DNA of 64,000 bases from Asterias rubens (GCF_902459465.1 NC_047062.1:16740001-16804000); one strand, 5' to 3'. Shown: positions 1-11,591, counted from the stretch's first letter. The notes: a model not told the origin generated them from the letters alone. A program made the numbers and translations.

Positions 1-616
1 TGGAATGCTCAATGGTCCCCCTGTCAGGCAGTCACTATGTGACTGTCTATGATTAAGTTTTGGTAATGTAAAATTACACTCAACAAGAATGATTGATAGG
101 CCTACAATTTGTTTTTGTGTTTCGGTCACTGGGATCAGAATCAGATGATATTATTATTCATTAAAGTAGGCAAAACATAAAGAACATTTTCCTGGGTTTG
201 TACATTATAATCAGGTACAAAAAATGGGAACCTAACAAAAACCTACACAACCATGATTTTATAAAGAAACACAAACAGTGGTTTGGCTATCTCGGATATT
301 TCTATCTAGAAATCAAAATGGGAACAAGGTCAAGGTTAGGTTTTGCCCCGCCCCTTTAAAAATCATACTTTGTTTCCCTGAAACGTTACAGAGTTTTCGT
401 TAAAAATTATTATTAATTTTGCTCTAGTCTTACCACGCTTGCCTTTACATGTGGAAATGGGTAAAAAAAAAACAATGTTTTGTTTTGAAACAATTAATTA
501 ATATTAATTGGTAGGCATGGTTGGTAGGTGTAGGTGCCTAGTAGTATAGTATATTATAGTAGGTGCATATGGAAAAACAAATTAATTTCCTACAAGTTAC
601 AACTAAAAAACCCTAC

Positions 617-800
617 CATGTCTCCATGGGTTTGGAGGGTCGAGTTTTTTTGAAACAATAGTTTCGTCTTCAGCAAACATCACATGTCGTCCGGGAAGTT
701 TATTTTTCTTGGAGGGCGACACGTTGGGTGACTTGCCGTCCTCACTCGCCGCCGTCGGCTTGATGATCGGCCCAGGCATTACGCTCGGCTGGTTTTCCAT
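617..800 (-). CDS. First coding exon of an unidentified gene, head-to-head with VRK; the gene continues off the left edge
   Basis: ATG at 800 opens 61 codons + 1 nt (MENQPSVMPGPIIKPT...RHVMFAEDETIVSKKLDPPNPWRH). It ends at donor CATG|GTAGGG (616). The exon is GC-richer than its flanks. Product not recognised. Confidence 0.6.
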
Positions 801-1594
801 TATTTCTTTCGCCTCGTTTTTAGACTCCCAAAACGCATTCCTAAGCAGTCAATTTGAAATCACTGTCCGAATGCTAGCTGCGTGATAATCTCAATAGAAT
901 TACATCCTGGCCTGAGTCATGTAATCTGAACATGAATGGATTAATAAACTCGAGAAACTGATTCACAAAATTCCCCTTACGTGGTGAACGCCATGTTTAC
1001 ATTCCCAATTTTTATCTCTGTGTGTGTGGAGCATGCAGCTGGCGTTTTATTGTAGACAGAGGGCGCTCTCTCATTCAAACAGGGGAGAAGTCAGAAAAGT
1101 AAAATTTTGTTCATTTTCAATAAAGCGCGAGATTCGTAAACTGAAGAAAAGGGGTTTCCCTGAATTTAATTTCAAGGTTTGGTTGAGGTTTGTTCTTGTA
1201 TTCTTTCTGTAGTTTAAATAAACTGAAGTGGTTATAATTATAGAAGGACTGTTGGATTTACGGCGATATGGCAGTCACTCTTCATAGTTTTCAATGTGCA
1301 TGATGTTTTGAGGGTGATTGTTGTTGAGGGAGTGTTGAGAGCCCATAGTCAGCAGAAACCTGCACACAAGTTCATAAATTTTACGCGCAAGCCTAAAAAG
1401 ACGTTTGCACTATCCGGACAAGTTTGAAAATGCGCGGGTTTCTACTTTGCGCTCAAACACCAGTATCAAATTCAAGAAAGTGTGGGGATGCCATGGGGAT
1501 GGTTACTTAGCTGCACCAAATTGATGTTGTCATTTTGATTTGTCTGTGTGCTCTAGGTTATTTAGAAAGTATCCTCATCACAAGTACAGACATC
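801..1594. promoter_or_regulatory. Probable bidirectional promoter and 5' UTR region shared by VRK and the left-hand gene
   Basis: Divergent start codons at 800 (-) and 1595 (+) are under 800 bp apart. CpG-containing patches, an AGAGGGCGCT motif near 1058 and TTTGAA motifs near 853 and 1423 are present. Candidate non-coding donor AAG|GTTTGG at 1176; acceptor CTCTAG| at 1556. Confidence 0.5.
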
Positions 1595-4500
1595 ATGCCT
1601 AGGAAGGCTGCTGCCAAGGAAGAACCCAAGAAAGGTTAGAAAAATGTTCCCCTACGGGACGGCTACGCTACGTACTAAAACTACTAGAAAAATAGAGTAG
1701 TGCTACACTAGCTAGCTAGATTAGAAAAATAGAAGTAGAACTATTTATTTATATGATTTTTTTTATGAGGTTTGTTCCGCCATGGAGGTTCCGCTATCGT
1801 CTCTACGTGGAGGTCTATACTATATAGCGGAACGAACCGTCATAGTTCTATTTCTAATTCTAGGTAGTAGTAGGAGTAGCCCACCTTGTTGAGCTGTTAA
1901 TAATGGCTCCGCTTTTAACATCGGTCTCATCAATGGTGACAGTGATGAGACCGATGTTAAAAGCGGAGCCATTAACAGCTCAACAAGGTGGGCTATAGTA
2001 GGAGTAAGTAAATTGTTCAATAACTTAATTTCAATAGAATGCTTGCTGCACTGTGCTGTGCTGTGCTGTCAATCAATAAATTAAACATTTTCCAACAATT
2101 TAATGATTGTTGTTTTCAGATTCCAAGTCAAGCTTGTAACTGATAACTTTTTGTATTTTTGGACAGGTCCAAAATGCTGTCACAATTTTAGTTGTGACAA
2201 TCGTGAGCCATGATCCTCATCAAGAGGTTTGCATTGAGCTACAAACATACAAAATTAAAATATAATGAATCACAAGCATTCCCATGATTACATTTTACAT
2301 ATATTGATTTAGTATTTGATGTATTGCATCTGTTCTGTATTTGAATTGACCTGAAGTTTGATAACCTCAGTTGATCCTTCTCCTTAGTCCTCCTTGATCC
2401 TGGACATGCTAAAGGTATAATTCTGCTAATTTGAACATGGCCTTGGATTTATAAATTATAACTGAAAAAAGATGGCCGAGCAATGATTGCTGCTTTAAAG
2501 TAGCTGTATGAAATTGGGCTCTGTGCTGTGTACGTATATATGAACATAACTTAGCTCAGGAGATCTTTATTGAAACCAAAGTTATGTACAAATCAGAACC
2601 AGTAACTGGTCACTGACAAAATTTCGAAAAAAAAGGAGTACAGTATGTATAAATAATCGTTTTGTCTGGTTTTTCTTTAGCGGCACCAAAGAAGAGAGGT
2701 CCCAGGGCGTACAAGCTGCCGGAGAGTATTCCAGCTGGAGAGATTCTGAAAGATCTTTATAAGAAAGAATGGAAGCTTGGACCAACGGTCGGGAAAGGAG
2801 GCTTTGGGGAACTTTACCTTGGTGAGAAAATATTGGAAAACTTGGCAGATTCGGCCGTCAGTGTTTTAAGGTCTTTGATGAGTGTTGGACTTTTGTTCCC
2901 TGTTGTTTGGTTGATCCTCTTTGAGAGCAACTGGTAGTTGCTAAAAAATCAACATTTATTTCATACTACTCTTCTCAAAATGAAAAGTAGAATGATACCT
3001 ACAGGGGAAATAATAGCACATCAAATGGAGGGGAAAGAATAGTTGCAATAACGTGACCCTCCTTCGCCGCCGGGAGGAGGGTTATATTATCGCAACTAGG
3101 GAAAGAAGACAGAAATAAAAGAGAGTATGAGTCTGTCAGATTAAGCCAAGGCTTGTAGAAGACAGCCTAGATGGACAAACTGCAAACAAGAAGACAAGAC
3201 AAACAGGTGATGCTAAACAAAACCAGAAAACAGACTGTGGATGAAATGAGAGAAATATATCTAAAGTAGTGGGTGCTAAATGGCTGATGATAGGAGCTGG
3301 ACTGACTAAAGAATGAACACCAAATCACTACCACTATCCTTGTCAGACTTCCAACTCTCAGAGGCTTTAGGGAGAGCAGTAAAATCACTGACGGATTTCC
3401 TGAATGAATGAGACCAAGACAATAATCATCTTCTCCATCTTCATCATTACCACCAAGCAACTTGATCAAATCTCATATCCTTTTTTATCATAAACCATTT
3501 TTTTTTCTTTCTTGAAGCTGACGAGGCCACGACTGGCTCAGTTGGTTCAGATGCCAAATATGTTGTAAAAATAGTAAGTTGTGTTTCCTTTCATCATTAT
3601 TATAAATATTAAGTTTTATTATTGCAACTACACTTCTTCATTTTAACAAAGGTTCACTTCAGAGTTAAAACACATCATATCATTATTATTCATTAAATAA
3701 GTTCATCTAGATTGTTGATAATCATGAATTAAAAGATCTGTTTTTACAAATCAAAAATTATGTAATAATAATAACCAGTTTTTATATAGCCCTTTTCACA
3801 TCCGAAGAACGTCTCAAAGCGCTTCCAACATTACTACTCCTGATCACTGGGCCTTAATTCTCGACTAAATCAATCACAAGAACCATCTCTGCCCTCACAG
3901 GTACCTGTTTACCTGTGGGTGGAGAGAAGCAATTATAGTTACGTGTCTTGCTCAGGGACATAAGTGTCATGACCGGGACTCGAACCCACTCTCTGCTGAA
4001 CAGAATTCCATAGCTTGAGTTCGGTGCTCTTATCCCCGTTAGGCCACTACACCCTACATCTGTTACATAGTTTCACTCCTTAGCTAGGAGCTTCTTCAGA
4101 CCTGTGACTGTGTTCATCATAGCATCTTGAAACAAGACTAATGAGATACATTTTCTTTTCAGGAACCACGCGATAACGGTCCGTTATTTGTGGAGCAGGC
4201 TTTCTACCAGAGAGGTGCTAAACCAGATCTAGGTATGTGTTCATGTATCTCCTTATTTAACATCTTTCTGGTAACTGGAACTCTCTACCACTTATCTAAG
4301 ATCTTGTCTTTGTACCACAAATCTCAAACCTTCTCAAAACTTATCTTATGTCAAAGGTTTTCAAGGACTAATTTTGTTGTGTCTGTTTTGTTTTGTTTGG
4401 TTTTACTGCGCGTTGAACACCCAGCAGGGTGGATATTTGCACATTACAAGTCTATATAATTAATATGATTATTAATAGAAGTTGCCGAAACGTCCTGTGT

Positions 4501-7500
4501 TGGGTTCCACCCATGTCGCTTGTGGATTTTCTTCTTTGGTCCTAAGTCATAATGGAAAGAAACACTCTGTTAATCAAGTTTTCTTCTTTGAATGAATAAC
4601 TTTTTTTGTTTTGTATTTTTATCAGTTGAGGAGTGGAAACAGAAACACAAATTATCCCACCTGGGAGTGCCGAAGTTCATCGGTTCGGGGATGCACACAA
4701 GAGGCAAGAAAGATTTCCGCTTCCTGGTCATGGAACGATTTGGTGAAGACATCTGGAAGAAGTACCTTGCAAGTAACAAACAGTTTACTCCAAAGACTGC
4801 GTTTACTTTGTCCATTCAAATAGTAAGTTTTTCCCCATGTAGCTCCTCAAATCCAATTTAGATCTTGTCACTGTTATAAAAAACTAGAGTGTAGGAATTA
4901 ATTTAGTCTCCAAAAAATGATGGTTTACCTTTCCTTTTAAAGTTGTGACCTCACTGTTATTTTCTTGACTAGCTATGCCTCAAACTCTAACCTTTGACAG
5001 GTTTTGGCTCGAAATAGTAAAAGCAAATATGATCAACCAGTTCACTTTTTTTGAGAACAAATAAATCAGAAAAATTGAGATTAAATAGCCTGAAAAGTAT
5101 AGTAAACCTAGAACTATCGCTCTCGTACTCAAAAAGCCTTTCCCTACTCTTTCCAGGACCCAAATATCATGCCTACACTGTGTATACTCTGCTTATCACA
5201 TGAGTGTATGGTTAAACCAAACACTAACGAGAAAGTAACTTTATTGTTAATGTTGTGAGTGTGAATTGTTCCATTGTTTATAGCTGGACAGCCTGGAGTA
5301 TTTACACAGTACGGGATACGCTCATGCAGACATCAAGAGTGCTAATATCCTACTTGGGTTTGAAGCAAAGGACCAGAACAAGGTATGGTCAATCTAAGAC
5401 ACAATTTTGAGATAATGCTTGCTGGGCCACGAGCAATTCTGTTAGTAACGGTAAGTCATTGCGTCACACACATCCGTATTTGCTGCATGCCTAAAGTTTT
5501 TGCTACTTTCGGCTCCTAAGCTGGCATACGCTTGTGTGTTACTTCACAAAATTTCCTGTGTTTCATCATTCAAAAGCATTTTTTATAACAGAATTTCTTG
5601 ATTCTGAGTAAACTTAGAGCGTTTAATCCAAATAAAATTGTATACAATTTTCTTGCATAAACCATCAAATAAAAACCAACCCAATTTGCCTATAAGAACT
5701 ACATAATTATTCTAAAGCAGAGAATGTTTACCAGAGGTGTAAACAAATCACGAGGCTAAAAATGTCTAAAGCTTTTAAGAATATCAAATCCAATTTCTGG
5801 TTTGATTATTTCAAGAGTTAATTAAGATATCTCTTGTGAAGTCTATTAGAATTATATTGAAAATAATATCAGCAAAGACTTTTTGTTTCTACGGCGGAAC
5901 TATTTCTACATGCACTCCCGCCCTGACATACATACTCCAATTTCATATTTTGTTCCTTTATCATTCTTGAGTAGGTATTTTTAGTTGACTATGGTCTGGC
6001 ATCGAGATTCAGCATAAATGGAGAACATAGAGAGTACAAGGCTGACCCTAAGAAGGCCCACGATGGAACGCCAGAATTCACGAGCAGAGACGCTCATAAC
6101 GGAGTCAGTAAGTGGCAATAGTATTTAGTTGTTCTACGCCCCATAGTGAAATATGAAGCAACGAGGCAAAAGTGGTATAACAATAATAATAATTATAATC
6201 ATTTTTTATACAGCGCTTTCCACAACCAAGGGCTCCTTAAAGCGCTTCCAACATTATTACCCCCTGCAGCCGATTTCACGCTAGGGTTAATCCTAACTCG
6301 AGTTAGGACGAGTGACCCGTCCTAACATAAGATGGGTTAAATTCGTCCTACGTATTTGGATACGGAACTGAACCCGTCCTAAGTCCTAAGATTAATTCTA
6401 AGTTAGGAAGAAGTTGGTGAAATCGACGGCTGGTCACTGGGCCTGAAATCATTCCTTAAACCATCTCAGCTCCCTGGGGAGTATACAGCCTGTGCAACAT
6501 TAATTATGCTCTACTCGACTAAACCAATCACAAGAACCATCTGTGCCCTCACAGGTACCCATTTAACCCTGGGTGGAGAGAAGCAATTATAGTTAAGTGT
6601 CTTGCTCAGGGACACAAGTGTCACGCACTGCTGAACAGAACGATCAGAGCTTGAGTTCAGTGCTCTTATCTGCTTGGCCACAACACCCTATTACAGCAAA
6701 CTAGGAAGATTGTTCTTTCCTCTCTTTTGTAAAAACTAATTGAGTCCATTGAAAATTTGTTAAGTACAAGACCTTTGGGCTTCCCCCAAGACCCACAGGA
6801 GTAAAGGTTTGACTGAAGGTTGTGTTTGTACAATTTAAGTACTCTGAATGTTCCACAAAGTGGCTCGTGTTTAAAGCGCTCGCCTCTCACCACTGTGGCC
6901 CTGGTTCGATTCCCGGCAAAGACCATGTGAATATTTGGTTCTCTCCAATGCCACAAGGGTTTTCTCCAAGCCCTCAGCTTTTTCCTTCCTCAAGAGGAAA
7001 TCAAACACATTCGATCTCAGGCTGTGCTCCTTGTTCATTTATGGGTCCATGTGGCTGGGTCAATGGTCAATTTGCAATTCAGCTTTTCAGCTGCATGGAA
7101 CATGAAAACTATTAAAATCATAATAAAGTCTGCATCCTACATAATATTAATTCCTCAATCCTCACAAGTCATTTGTCTTCTTTGTAGATTTTACATCACT
7201 TCTTTCTTATCTTTTCCGTCTGGTCTCAGCCCCCTCTAGGCGTGGTGATATGGAGATACTTGGTTACGTCATCTTACAGTGGCTGACTGGTTGCTTACCA
7301 TGGGAACACAAGATATCACTAAACAACACAGACTTCACATACCTCACCAATGAAAAGACAAAGTTAGTTTTTTCTATTTATTATGGAACTTTTAGTAGTA
7401 CCAGATTAGGCAAGAGAAAACTCAAATCAGTCGGAAAATATTCAGTGTGGGATTTGTCCAGATTTCAGGATTTTTTCAAACTTTCCTTGCATTAAAATTT

Positions 7501-9969
7501 CTGTGAAAGAAGTCTAGCAATAACTAAAGGGGGAGAGAAATAGTTCACATTGTGCCCAAACAGGGTGTTGTATTTCTGGTGATGGGTCAAGTCTGAAAAC
7601 CTGAAACCATTTGGGAGGTTCAGGGTGTAACACAAGGTGGAACCAAGGGACGCAAGCCATTTTCAGGAATGCTTCATTTTCACGAATGTATATCCCTGTG
7701 TAAATAGTTAGTTACCAATTATTTTAGGCTGAACAAGGTGGAGTTAGATATGAAGTATTCTTTCGACTACTTCATGCAATGTCTTCAGTGGAGTGTTGGC
7801 TTTAAAAGGATTCAGTTGGTTGTCTAATATAAACACTTAGGACATTTGGCAAGCGTCATTTGTAAAGAACATTTCTTAGATAATACCATTACTAGACCAT
7901 GCTTTTATAAATCTTTTGGTTGAATTTTTTTCTCTCTAGATTTATGTCCAATGTCACCTCTTTGATGAAAGCTTGTTTCCCAAAAGGAGGCCACCCAGGT
8001 GAGTGTTGGTAATAATATCAAAGTCTTATATAGCGCACTTATCTACCAAACACGGTACTCAAGGCGCTGAGTATATCCAAACTTTCAGAAAGATAGGTTA
8101 TTGCAGTGATGAATTCTGAGACTCAATTAATAGCACCTTATAAGAGTTTACAAGGTACTACTGCACATACAGCAGCCACAGCCAGGAACACCGGGGCGAA
8201 CCCCTTCTCTTTTCAATAAGTGCACTGGGTTCTTTTACATGCAATACACAACACATGGGACCAATAGTTTTATGTCCCATCCGAAGGATGAAGCAATGGT
8301 TAAGTGTCTTGCTTAAGGAAACAAGTGTCACGGCTGGGAATTCGAACCCACACTCTGCTGATCGGAAACTCCAGAGTTTGAATTCGTTGCTCTTAACTGC
8401 TCGGCCTAGACATTTCCACAATGCAGTCTGTCCCAATTCTTACATCCAAGTTTGAGTGCGTTTCCATTTTAAAAATTTGATGGATTTCTCTCTCTCTCTC
8501 TTTGTCAGCTGAGCTGCAAAAATATATGGAGTATGTGAGCAAGCTAGAGTATGAACAGGTACCCAACTACAAACAGATGAAAGAGCTCTTCACAAAGGCC
8601 ATCACGCGTTCAGGAGGTCGAGCAGATGGGAAACTAGACTTTGTCTCTCCAGTCGTTGTCAACAAAACCGCTAACAAACGCAAAAATGACAGTGATGAGG
8701 CAGACTCGCCCCAAAAAGTTGCAAAAAGGGGAAGGGGGAGAAAGGCAGCCCTCTCAAGCAGTTCATCAAACTCGGACTCCCCAAGAGCCAAGAGCCCCAA
8801 AGCAAAACCTGTTGCAGCCAGCAGGAAACCAGTTACTAAGACAACAGGGAGGTCAACTGAGAGGTCTCCGGGGAGGTCAACACCGAGGTCACCAGGGAGG
8901 TCACCATCAGCTAAAACTGCTTCAGGTGCGGCCAAGAAGGGTCCTGCTGCTAAGAGGGGTCCAGCCCCCAAGCCCAAAGTCCAACCTTATGCAACCAAGA
9001 AATCTCCTGTGAGATCAAAAGGTGTGTACAGTTTTTTTAAACTCAGGAGAGAAATACACTGACAATAATAATAGTGTTTTCTTATAGCGCGCATATCCGT
9101 CACCCAGTGATGTTCAATGCGCTTAAACATGCAGGATTTCCTGCAAGGTATGTGGGACTACGTTTAAATTATGAGATCTACTCCTTTTACATAGCACCAA
9201 GGTGCTGTGGCGCAATATGCTGCCAGTCTAACCAGGAACACTGGGGTGAACCCCTTCTCTTTTCGATAAGTGCACTGGGTTCTTTTACGTACGTTACACA
9301 ACACATGGGACCAAGGGCTTTTCATGGTTAAATGTCTTGCTTAAGGACACAGGTGTCACGGCTGGGATTCGAACCCACACTCTGCTGATCAGAAACGCCA
9401 GAGTTTGAATCCGGAGCTCTTAACCGCTAGGCCACGACACTGTCAGTAACTGGCTCACTTGCAATACCATAAAACAATCTAGTTAGATTTTTGAAAAGTG
9501 CCAGATGATTGACCCTCTAATGTTATCCTATCACTGCCTCTATCAAGAAGATGTACTACATCAATTGTGTATTGACCCAATTCACCTGACGTCATCATCA
9601 GAATAATCTTGGATGCGCCATACTGGTGGGCAATGTCACTCTGTGCACTATTTTAGTGCGACGCGGCGTATACACGTAACCCTATTGACCACCAAAATGG
9701 TGAGCGTGGCACAGTCGCAGCGTGAGACGTGCATGCAAGGGGTCAACTGGAAGATTTTGTTTTTACACACTACTTTTTGCACTCAAACCTGTATCTTGAT
9801 CTTTGTTTTTTACGCAGTAGTGAAGAGTAAAGCTGAAACAACCCCCTCACCTGCAACAGGAGAAACCTTCACCAAAAGGAAGCGCAAATTCCCTGTATCT
9901 GTGGCAACCTCGTCTACACAAACGTCTCCTGGAGTCAAACAGACCCCCAAGATAAAGAGGAAACGCTGA
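1595..9969 (+). CDS. VRK1: Vaccinia-related kinase, VRK1-like (CK1 group), 530 aa, with a long basic C-terminal tail
   Basis: Exons 1595-1634, 2681-2821, 3518-3573, 4163-4232, 4626-4822, 5284-5382, 5975-6107, 7230-7362, 7940-7998, 8509-9021, 9818-9969 total 1593 nt; all introns GT-AG and phases match. Motifs: [64 protein letters not shown]. No C-terminal TM helix. Confidence 0.95.
1877..1995. mobile_element. 119-bp near-perfect hairpin MITE with TAGCC..GGCTA termini and a 9-bp TSD
   Basis: Arms pair over about 53 bp with one 3-nt bulge. Identical TAGTAGGAG at 1868-1876 and 1996-2004. Confidence 0.9.
3040..3098. mobile_element. 59-bp palindromic MITE with TAGTTGC..GCAACTA termini and a 9-bp TSD
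   Basis: GGGAAAGAA at 3031-3039 and 3099-3107. A second copy lies at 55493-55552. Confidence 0.85.
3770..4055 (-). mobile_element. tRNA-derived SINE with a CORE-like centre and an L2-like tail
   Basis: Reverse strand shows box A (TGGCCTAACGG), box B (GGTTCGAGTCC), GTCCCTGAGCAAGACAC and an AAGCGCTTTGAG...(TTA)n tail. Homologous to 6185-6690 and 14055-14410. Confidence 0.8.
4058..4105 (-). ncRNA. Minimal type I hammerhead-ribozyme-like motif (core intact, stem I broken)
   Basis: Reverse strand: CUGAAGA-A-GCUCC(uagcuaa)GGAGU-GAAA-C(uau)G-UA. Stem I has only 2 bp. Confidence 0.45.
6185..6690 (-). mobile_element. tRNA-derived CORE-like SINE interrupted by a MITE
   Basis: Same family as 3770-4055. 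The sequence CCCCTG/GTCACTGGGCC is split by the 6267-6429 insert. Confidence 0.8.
6267..6429. mobile_element. MITE with CTG TSD (Harbinger-like) nested in a SINE
   Basis: Imperfect TIR CAGCCGATTTCAC / GTGAAATCGACGG. CTG at 6264-6266 and 6430-6432. A homologous copy is inverted at 20804-20997. Confidence 0.75.
6855..7060 (+). mobile_element. tRNA-derived SINE, second family
   Basis: Box A-like TGGCTCGTGTTTAAAGCG and box B GGTTCGATTCC, followed by a GGGTTTTTCTCC central motif; no tRNA 3' acceptor stem. Confidence 0.6.
8010..8420 (-). mobile_element. tRNA-derived SINE, third family
   Basis: Reverse-strand box B GGTTCGAATTCC. Shares GAACCCCTTCTCTTTTC..TAAGTGCACTGGGTTCTTTTAC with 9062-9440. Confidence 0.75.
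9062..9440 (-). mobile_element. tRNA-derived SINE, same family as 8010-8420
   Basis: Reverse-strand boxes TGGCCTAGCGG and GGTTCGAATCC; long alignment to the 8010-8420 copy. Confidence 0.75.
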
Positions 9970-10080
9970 GCGGAAATAGACAATGGGTGACAAAAAGAGT
10001 TGAGCAACACATTGCTTCACATAAAGCAGTGTATTTTATTGTAGCCATTTGATACTAGAGACCCCTTCACAGTGGACATT

Positions 10081-10247
10081 CAAGCCTCTTATTTCTTTCT
10101 TGGAAGGGGCACAGCAATTTTCCTCTGGCAAGGGGCACTTCTATGAGGAAAATGTAAATTTGAATTGAAACCTTGCAAAGGGCACCACAGCAAAAGCACA
10201 GGGCACCTAGGCAATTGCTGTGGGTGCGGTTGGCTAAGACTGTGCCT
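10081..10247. mobile_element. Degenerate copy of the CAGG..CCTG (GGGCACC-rich) MITE family
   Basis: Shares AAGGGGCAC..ATGAGGAAAATGTAAATTT..GGGCACC with copies at 34937, 36592, 38313 and 53964. Confidence 0.55.
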
Positions 10248-10502
10248 GGACCTCAATGCCTACTGAGATGCACCATTTGGTGGGAGTTGGACCATGATGA
10301 GCAACAAGTTTATGCAACGCTGTCTGGTTGTGTTTTGGACACAAATTTTTAAGTAATACATGTACACAGTCTGCCTGCTTGAGTCTGATTTCCGTTTTCT
10401 TTTTTGCCTTTTGAAAAATCAGAAAATGTGATTGATTAGCCTGAAAAGTCTCTAACAACCTGCCTCAGGTGGACATGTAGGTTATCCCTTGTACTTATTT
10501 AA

Positions 10503-10873
10503 AGACACTGGACACTATTGGTCATTGTCAAAGACCCGTCTTCACACTTGCTGTATCTCAACATATGCATAAAATAACAAACCTGTGAAAATTTGAGCTC
10601 AATTGGTCGTCTAGATAATAATGAAAGAAAAAATCACCCTTGTCACACGAAGTTGTGTGCGTTCAGATGCTTGATTTCGAGACCTCAAGTTCTAAATCTG
10701 AGGTCTCGAAATCAAATTCGTGGAAAATTACTAATTTTTTGAAAACTACTCCACTTCAAAGGGAGCCATTTCTCACAATGTTTTATACTACCAACCTCTC
10801 CCCATTACTCGTTACCAAGTAAGGTTTTATGCTAATAAATATTTTGAGTAATTACCAATAGTGTCCACTGCCT
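10503..10873 (+). mobile_element. Kolobok-type MITE (TTAA TSD), abundant family A
   Basis: TTAA|AGACACTGGACACTATTGG...CCAATAGTGTCCACTGCCT|TTAA. Homologues at 14747, 19833, 45369, 47169, 49452 and 50399. Confidence 0.85.
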
Positions 10874-11591
10874 TTAAAAATGTTTTCTATGGACCGAATA
10901 GGCCTGTCTAGCACTACTTTTTATATTTTAAAACCAATCTAGCCACTGTCATAAACCAATTATCTTGTTGCAATTTTCGGTTTTCACCTTGACACCGTCG
11001 TGGTGATTCGTGAGTGCTTTGAGGAAAACATTTCAAATGGTACTCGGGTGGGCTTCGAACCACACGCATTCTGGAGCAGATGTTTCAAATGCAAGAATTA
11101 TCAAGCATGCCAGGGCCCAATTTCATAGAGCTGCTTAACAGAAAGTATTTCTTTACAATTCCCGGCTTAGAAGAAATGAGCAGGTTACCAGTCACAAATT
11201 GTACTTTGTTACAGGGTTGTTTGAATGGTGTTTAGGTTTTGTGATCAACCATACATGAAATAAACCTGTGAAAGTAGTGAGATTTGCATTTTTTTTTTTT
11301 AGGTTTTCAGGTACAGATATTTTGAATATGACTTCATTTCTGAGGGAAATATTTCACAGAGAAAGTTATTACAGAATAATCTTAATAACCAGTCCTTACC
11401 AATCCTGTATAATATGTATAATACCTTTCATTGTGCCTATAGTAGAACTTAGATCACATTAAAGAAATATCTTTCAGTGCCTTGTTAATGTGCATTTTGC
11501 CATTATCGCGCATTTAGTAAAACTACTTTGACAGCATTTACTTGTCTGGTTTCAGGTTACCTAAAGAGCAATACAGGGACATCACATCTTG

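Noticed and set aside
655-680. CUGAAGA-CGAAAC on the - strand resembling a hammerhead core
   Set aside because: There is no stem II between the motifs, and it is simply the AEDET codons of the left-hand exon.
1820-2020. 66-aa hydrophobic ORF
   Set aside because: It runs through the hairpin MITE; there are no splice or homology signals.
8567-9012. ORFs of 136 aa (-) and 123 aa (+)
   Set aside because: Shadow frames of the low-complexity VRK exon 10.
10640-10822. Recurrent similar ORFs (..SHEVVC.QMLDFETS..) at 10640, 14837, 45361, 49580 and 51820
   Set aside because: These are translations of Kolobok-type MITE family A, not a gene family or transposase.
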